Assembly: GCA_965178125.1 (NCBI GenBank)
Contig: OZ237741.1
Span: forward strand, 310,001 to 374,000
Source: Bilabrum cf. latius
Taxonomy: Eukaryota
Direction of reading: 5' to 3'
DNA length: 64,000 nt
Shown: in pieces, positions 51,201-64,000 of the stretch
Numbering within the stretch: the first letter of the stretch is position 1
Layout: every line of letters begins with the position of its first letter
Notes under the pieces: generated by a model
Databases searched by the model: none
The model's input: only the letters and a program-made list of their open reading frames with translations
Told to the model about the DNA's origin: nothing
Program-made: the position numbers and the translations under genes

Positions 51201-51424
51201 CAGTCCTCAATACACCAGCGGGGCCTATATCTGCTTTAGTTACAAATCCAACTGCGCCTCTACCGAGTCCTGGGACGTATTTTCTCTGCGATGAGACGGG
51301 CAACGACAATGAACCGCATCGATCGATGTCAGCACATGAACGCAAATCACCATGTGCAACAGCATCTTACCGGCGCTCGGGCATCAGAGTAAGTATTGGG
51401 AGCTTTGACATTGACACCAATCAT
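48256..51424 (-). CDS. PRP6: Pre-mRNA splicing factor Prp6 (U5-102K), 2 exons, 5 in-frame TAG near the C-terminus
   Basis: Motifs YVPGLGRGAVGFVT, DLEADQVY, DWESIPE and PVPDS, plus HAT repeats. Exon 1 is 51424-51371 and the intron spans 51370-51286. Homology continues past TAG 48556 (CEDAKPRNGEIW, cf. conserved C..AEPRHGE.W) to TGA 48256. Confidence 0.95.
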
Positions 51425-51512
51425 GACACACTTTAAGTAAATTGAATGATATTATTCGAGTTCGCACGGACAGCGGTTGCAACCTGATTCACAGCAGTCA
51501 TCCAACATTCAT

Positions 51513-57452
<5,940 letters not shown>

Positions 57453-57597
57453 GATCTCCTTTTGAACGAGCAAAATGACAATTGAATTTTTTTGAATCCC
57501 ACGCCGTTTCTACCAGCTCCAGCTGTACCCGACTCCTGTACTTAATAAAATCTTTAAGTACAGCGAACAGACCAGAGTGTACTATCCAAACAAGGCA

Positions 57598-60500
57598 ATG
57601 CGCCGGGCGGCAGTACATTGTTGCAGTCATCTTCAAGCTTGGTCACGGCTTTGCGACCAACGGCAGTTCAAGCGACCTTTGCCGCGACACATTGGCCAAC
57701 TAGCGGGCATCTAGTGTTAGCTCGGGCTGGCACATCCAAGGGCGCTTTAGATCGGCTTGATGTCGGCTTGGGACTCTTCGGCCCGGTAGCAAACGCTTGC
57801 TCAGGTTCGCATCGCAGCAAGGCAGCAGACGATCGAACCAGCACACGGTTTAGCAACCCGGCGAAATGCATCCAGCAACTCAAATCAGGTCAAAAGCTAT
57901 GATGGTTAGCTTGGTGCAAGCCATCCATCTCTGGCTAGATTGCAAGGGGTCCCGAGGGTGCAACGGCCCGCAGGGGACCCCACAGATCAGGTCGCTGCAG
58001 CACGAACTCTGCTTGAGAGCCAGTCGTAGCCGCTTAGATCGGGCTCCTATCACTATTCTGAAATGGATGATGCTGCTCACTCTCCTGCTGGTCCTGGAAT
58101 TCACCGGAATCTGACGAAGGGAGGTAGCTACCGCAGTCTCCTCGCCACTGCAGAGCGGCTTCCATCGAGGTCGAAACATTCCCGAGTGTCACTTGACAGA
58201 GCAATACATTCATCAAATGACGGCGCCAAAGGTACTTGGGCAGACCAAAGGGCCGTCGATAGCCACCAGCACAGGGCTGATAGAGGTGACAGGCGCCGAT
58301 ACACAGGTCCATGTGCAGGTGAAATGGTACAGTCCACCGACCATATGAGCTCGAGGGTGGGCCCTCACGATTTGGATGAATCTAACAGTACCGTGTATGA
58401 CGGCACGATTCGAAGCAGCAGAGTTGATGGTTCTATGGCAGGAGCCACGCCGGCTGCTGAAAGGTTGCTGCACTTGCCTGCGCCGTCTGATTCTCTCCAA
58501 AGCTTGCAACTGCACAGTCCTGCAGGAACTATTCAAACTGGTCTTGCAAGAGGTACTCAATTCGACAGGGCTGCTCCAGGTTCAAGGACAAGCGGTCGCC
58601 TCGGTCCTATTGTTCGATCTGGCCGATCGGTTTCGGCTGGCGACGCTTTGCTGCCGAGATCCCAGCACTTTCTGGGCGTTGCGGAGAGATAGAGAGAAGA
58701 CCAATAGCGTCTAGGGGATACACATCCAGGAGATTCGCGCCGGTTGGGTCCAATGGCTCGCCAATAGCCTCGACGCCCGACGCCGTGTGTTCCCGAATAG
58801 AGAGTCGCAAGAGAACCACTCGCTGGGATCCAGCATGAGGACCGGCGAGCAGAAGGTTCGATTGGTTTGCATATGCCTAGGATACATGCAGGATCTAGGC
58901 ATGCTGGCGCTAACAGTGGTCGGTCAAGTGGTGTTGCTGGCAATGCTTCGTTCTAGAGCTCGCTTGGGGCGCAGCAGATCCCGCATGACGCAGATGCCGA
59001 TTCACGAAAGCGGACCCAAGGACACTAGCCCCACATGATGCGACCTTCGACGGAGATATTTGGGGGCAGGCCGCACCCACCAACAGCGAGGGCTTGGACG
59101 GCATCGGAGCAGCACCCTGCGAGCGGCTAGCTGCACATCGGAGACCATGCTGTGGCACCTGTTTCGCCGCTGAAACGAAACGGTCACACAGAGGCCCCAG
59201 CCTAGTCCCAGAGCGGATTTGCTCCATCTTTTATCGGGAGCGAGTCGGCCCCTCTTCACCAGTCGGTGACCCGCAGGTGGGGGGGCGGACTGGGCGAGGA
59301 CATGGAAGAGCGCGATGAGAGTCGCCGTGACGCAGCCTCCGGGCCGCTGGGGCAGCGACTGGGTCCATCTGAGTCTTGGCAGCCACCTGCACTGGGCTCT
59401 CTCCCAGCAGAGAGGCAGAGCGTCGACTCGCGACAGTCCTCCTAGTCGCATACATTCCACCAGTCCGAGGTCGACGAGACTGAGGCGCGGCCTCCCCTCA
59501 TGCACTAGCTATCCATGGAGACTGCAGCCACGGAAGATGCCCCAGTGTGGCAGGGAGGAGATATTCATGATGGAATCAAGGATATGTCTGATGCTATCAA
59601 GTTGCAGAGGCTTCGGGAGCAGTGGAGATAGTCGCAGAGCGAGGCCCAGCAAAGGGTGCATGGACACGGCGACGGCAACGAAGTTGGAGTGTGGAAGAAG
59701 TCGCAGAGTGGTCCAGGAGCGAGCGATGATGAACATTCCAATGACAACGCACCTCCTCGAGTGCCTGGTAAAGACACGATGGCCTCGGCAGTCCGGCGTG
59801 GATCAAGCCTGCTGACTGACGTGTCGGACAGCTCTAGCGATGAAGGCCCCCCACCGCCTCCTCAGTCCACCAGCATCGGGCCGCAAGCAGCTGACCACCA
59901 TGGCCCATCTCCAACAGGACAACGCGGGCTGTAGCGCGGCATGAAGCCCATGGGACTCAGCATGGATGTGGTCCCGCCTGCTGCCGTCCGGAGGGAAAGC
60001 ACCGAAGAGCTCGAGTCTCCCTCGCCCACCATGGCCGCTCGACTGGGTCTGGGTGGCGGATTCGCCGCACCGGCTTCGCCCAGAGGTGCTCTGGTCGATG
60101 CGAGCGGACAGACTGACAGCCAGTCGATGCATTTTGCAAGCCAGCTGCAGCAGCATGCAGAGCAGACCAAGGCAGCTGCGCCCCGCGGCCGTCGTGCCAC
60201 GATTGGCGGCGGGACGCAGGCGGCATCGTCGCTGCTGTCACCTGTGCGGGAGGAGTCGCAGGAAGCGGGCACGAGCGACGACTCGAGCAGCGTGGACCGG
60301 TCGCCGCGATCCCCAGCTGAGTCAGATGCTAGCCCGAAGCTGCATGCTCTCGGCAAGTTGCGTCGATCCAACACCACAGGTTCCGTGCCGTCTGCGAGTT
60401 CACGCTAGAGACCGATCGTCGGATTTTCAAGCCCACCAGTTCCACCGTCTGAACGCGGGCTGTAGCGCGGCATGAAGCCCATGGGACTCAGCATGGATGT

Positions 60501-63500
60501 GGTCCCGCCTGCTGCCGTCCGGAGGGAAAGCACCGAAGAGCTCGAGTCTCCCTCGCCCACCATGGCCGCTCGACTGGGTCTGGGTGGCGGATTCGCCGCA
60601 CCGGCTTCGCCCAGAGGTGCTCTGGTCGATGCGAGCGGACAGACTGACAGCCAGTCGATGCATTTTGCAAGCCAGCTGCAGCAGCATGCAGAGCAGACCA
60701 AGGCAGCTGCGCCCCGCGGCCGTCGTGCCACGATTGGCGGCGGGACGCAGGCGGCATCGTCGCTGCTGTCACCTGTGCGGGAGGAGTCGCAGGAAGCGGG
60801 CACGAGCGACGACTCGAGCAGCGTGGACCGGTCGCCGCGATCCCCAGCAGATGGCGAGGCAGGGCAAGCAAGGAAAATCCCGCCGATGCTTGCCTCAGCA
60901 GGGCGCTCGTCCACCACTGAATTCGCCTGAAACTCCCACGAAGGCGAGTACATCGCGCCAGTGAGCTCCCTTCAGCGTCTTGCTCGGCCTGCTGCCGGTG
61001 CGGCACCACCTGCAGTACACCGGAGCTCGACGCTGGGTACTTCAACCACAGCCGCGCAGTCAAGGCCAGCCCGAAGATCCACTGCGAGAAGGAACACGAT
61101 GCAGGTTCCGACTTCGTTCGAACTGTCCCGCAAAGGCGGCGCCGCTCGTCCCCGCAGGCGACGCGTGAGCGATTTCACTGCCCTTGATTCAGCAAAGAAG
61201 CTTAGCAGTGCAGTGGCGGTCGAGGAGCTGCCCGCCACAACCGGGAATGCCCCTTCAGGTGTGGCTGTCGGCCGAATTCGCCGCCGTTCGGTCACCAGCG
61301 GCAGTGGGGGTCCAACCGTTCCACAGCTGCTTGCGTCAGCTGCAAAGCGCCCCGCAACAGCAGGAACCACTACCAGCAAGGGCGCCGTGGTGGGCTCCGT
61401 GGACGGCCGCTGGTCAGATCGGGGTAGTGCTCCAGAATCTGAGCTGGACAGGATGCTTGTCGGGCTGCAGGCCAAGCCGGTGGACGACGACTCTGTCGCC
61501 TCCACAGAAGATGAACGCGGATCAGAGAGCAGCAGTGGCAGCGGTTCCAGACAGCGCGAGTCGAGGACTCGACAGGCGATGGCACATCTGGGCCGGGCCA
61601 TGTTCTCGGCTTCGATGAACACCACCTCTTCCGTGTTTTCTGGACCATCGCGATCGAAATCCACCGGCAGGGACAGGCCTCCCAGAGCCCCGCATGCTTC
61701 GCTGAGTGGCTTTAGTCTCCCTTTCACAGAGGAAGAGAGCCGCAGGTCGGTGGAAGACGGGGCTAGGGCCAAGCATTAGATTCACCACGTCGAATCGTGG
61801 ATGTCTGTTGAAGACGATGCTCAATTCGCTGGACGCACGCTGACTAGGCGATCCTCTTCCTTCCTGCCCCTTGCAGCGGACGCGCCTGCTGAGGCAGTCG
61901 CCCTGCGAGGACAGTCGTTGCTTCGATCCCAGCTCGATGACTCAGTTCCAGACGCCAAGTTCGAGTGGAAGCTGGGCCCCGCTCTCGGCAGCGGCTCCTT
62001 CGGCGCTGTGCACCGAGCCCTCGTGGTGGGAAGCGGCAAACAAGTGGCAGTGAAGCGCATCATGCTGCCCGAACAGTTCAGGAAGCAGTGGCGGGCGGCT
62101 ACGGCAGCAGGCTCGGAAAAGCCTGAACTGGGCGCTGCTGCTGAAGTGAAAGCGGCCGAGTAGCTACGATCTATGCTGGAGTAGCAGATGGACAGTGCGC
62201 GTGGTTCGGCAGGAACGGGCTGGAGTCCAACCTCATCTAGGAGCACCCCATCCACAGGGCCGACCGCGAGGCAACCCTCGGCCACTACTTCGGACAGCAA
62301 GTCTCTTTGGATTGGTGGCAGGAGTTCAACATATGGAAAGAGCCTGAAAACAAAACATGCTGGCGCTACCGGCGATGACAATGACCACAGAGGCAGGTCT
62401 GATTCGCGGGAGACGACCCCGAGCACGCTGCACGCACTCAAGCGCGTGCTGAAGACCAGCGGGTCGGCCGCTGCCACGGAAGTCCGCGAGATTTTGCGAG
62501 AGGTTGATATGTTGCGCAGGCTGAGACACCCCCACATCGTGCAGTATCTTGGTGCTCGCGTGTCGAGCGATGGTGGGCACCTGGATTTGGTGATGGAGCT
62601 CGTGGACGGTGGGACCGTGTCATCCATGCTCAAGGACTACGGCCCCATGGATGAGCAGCTCGCATCTGCTACCACCAGGCAGCTCTTGCTGGGCCTGCAG
62701 TACTTACATGACAGGTGCATCATGCATTCTGACCTTAAGCCAGCCAACGCGCTGCTGACTTCGGGAGCTGTGGTGAAGCTCGCGGACTTTGGCTGTGCCA
62801 GGCGGATTGACGGCCTGGTCAACGGCACTCTATCATCCACTTCTTCCAGCGAGTTGTCTGAAAGCAGGGCTGGGACCGGTGCGAAGAGTTCTGGGTCAGA
62901 GTCGGGGAAGGCCTAGACGAAGCCAAGCTCGCGGTCTATTCGGGGCACGTTGCCGTACATGGCGCCAGAGGCAATCCGGGGCGAACTCACTGGACTTCCT
63001 TCCGATATCTGGGGCGTGGGTTGCACGGTCCTCGAGATGCTGACCGGCACTATGCCATGGATTGACCAGTTCGACAACCGCATCGCGCTGATGTTCCATG
63101 TCGGGCACACCAGCAACCATCCTCCTATTTCAGACGCGATCTAGGGCCAGGCGCGTGACTTCCTTGAAGTGTGTATGCGCGCCGATTCCAAAGAGCGGCC
63201 GACCGTCAGCACGCTCCTTGAGCACCCTTGGATCCGCAAGTATGCCAGCAGCTCACGGCAGGGGCTGCGCTCGGTCCTGTCCTTCAAATCTACCGGTTCA
63301 TCGGTACATGGCTCGGAGGCCGTCGGGTCGAAGGTTACGCGAGGCTCGCCCGGATCGTCTGGACAAGCGGCAGCGCATCTTGACGAAAGTCACGTTGATG
63401 TCGGGGCGGTGCCAGCCCTCAGCCCGGGAGCTACTTCAACCGAGGCCGGAAGTTGGAGCCCTAGGTCGCTGCTGGCTGTGGCGAGCATGGTCCGGAAGTT

Positions 63501-63558
63501 GCGTCGAACAAGACGCCGGAGAGGTGCTTCGCCCGTGTCACAGGAGTCACGTGGATAA
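57598..63558 (+). CDS. STE11/MEKK-like MAP3K with a long disordered N-terminus; >20 in-frame TAG and one in-frame TGA (60928)
   Basis: Kinase motifs LGSGSFG, VAVK, LRHPHIVQYLG, HSDLKPANAL, KLADFG, GTLPYMAPE, DIWGVGCTVLEMLTG and RPT...LL.HPW are in one frame, with TAG at 62161, 62182, 62914 and 63142. Ends in TAA. The start is uncertain (57598, 57760 or 58063). Confidence 0.8.
59921..60848. repeat. Apparently identical 397-bp direct repeat (59921-60317 and 60452-60848) with a 134-bp spacer
   Basis: Both copies run aacgcgggctgtagcgcggcatgaag...tcgccgcgatccccagc. The offset is 531 bp (in frame) and the track translations are identical. Confidence 0.95.
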
Positions 63559-63706
63559 ATAGTCAGAGCGAAAAGTTGTTTTTAGATCTAACCACAATTA
63601 GGAACAGATCTGATTAGAAAATAACCTCGCAGTGCACTTAGTTTCAGGCCTATGCTAGCTGATCACATATGGTCACTTCCCACGCAAACCCAAACATTTC
63701 CAAAAC

Positions 63707-64000
63707 TTATTGCTAGTCTTGATCCTCCTCCTCGCGCTGCCTTCTATTGAGAACACCAAGCGGCCCTGAGGGCTCGAACTCGTACCTGGACGGGTCCAAG
63801 AGGATGCTTGACTGACGTCTTTGCATCCCGCTCTGCTGTGGGGCCGGCGGGTCCGAGGCGGAGCGCCCTGGCCGCACAGCCGCACTCCCCGCTCCTCCGC
63901 TGTGTCCGCGCTACTCACCCTCTAAATCTCTCACGATAATGATCCCGTTGTTGGCAAGGAAGTGCCTCACGTCGTCCACCTCCCCGTCCCTCTCACCACC
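63707..64000 (-). CDS. 3' end of a gene running off the window (unknown product)
   Basis: Frame GGERDGEVDDVRHFLANNGIIIVRDLEGE*RG...RRQREEEDQD*Q ends at TAA 63707-63709, convergent on the kinase across an AT-rich spacer. Confidence 0.5.

Overview
Compact, GC-rich, intron-poor eukaryotic nuclear DNA from a protist (a stramenopile/bicosoecid-like flagellate is my impression only; the sequence does not prove it). The main result is a non-standard nuclear genetic code: TAG is a sense codon, most likely Gln, while TAA and TGA remain stops. The ORF track looks fragmented, but the fragments fall in one frame per gene and are separated only by TAG. Reading TAG as sense joins them into 14 full-length gene models plus one partial gene, each ending in TGA or TAA. 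These encode a membrane-anchored coiled-coil protein, a DsbA/FrnE-like oxidoreductase, an ankyrin+EF-hand protein, two tandem-repeat surface proteins, a two-pore channel, folylpolyglutamate synthase, an NPC1/Patched-family protein, a ~1600-aa F-box-like membrane protein, a ~6400-aa intronless PUB/EF-hand giant, a LARP4-like protein, Prp6, FANCI and a STE11-like MAP3K (which has one internal TGA). I saw no rRNA, tRNA, CRISPR array or transposase. All gene models, counts and family calls were made by hand from remembered motifs; no database search was run.
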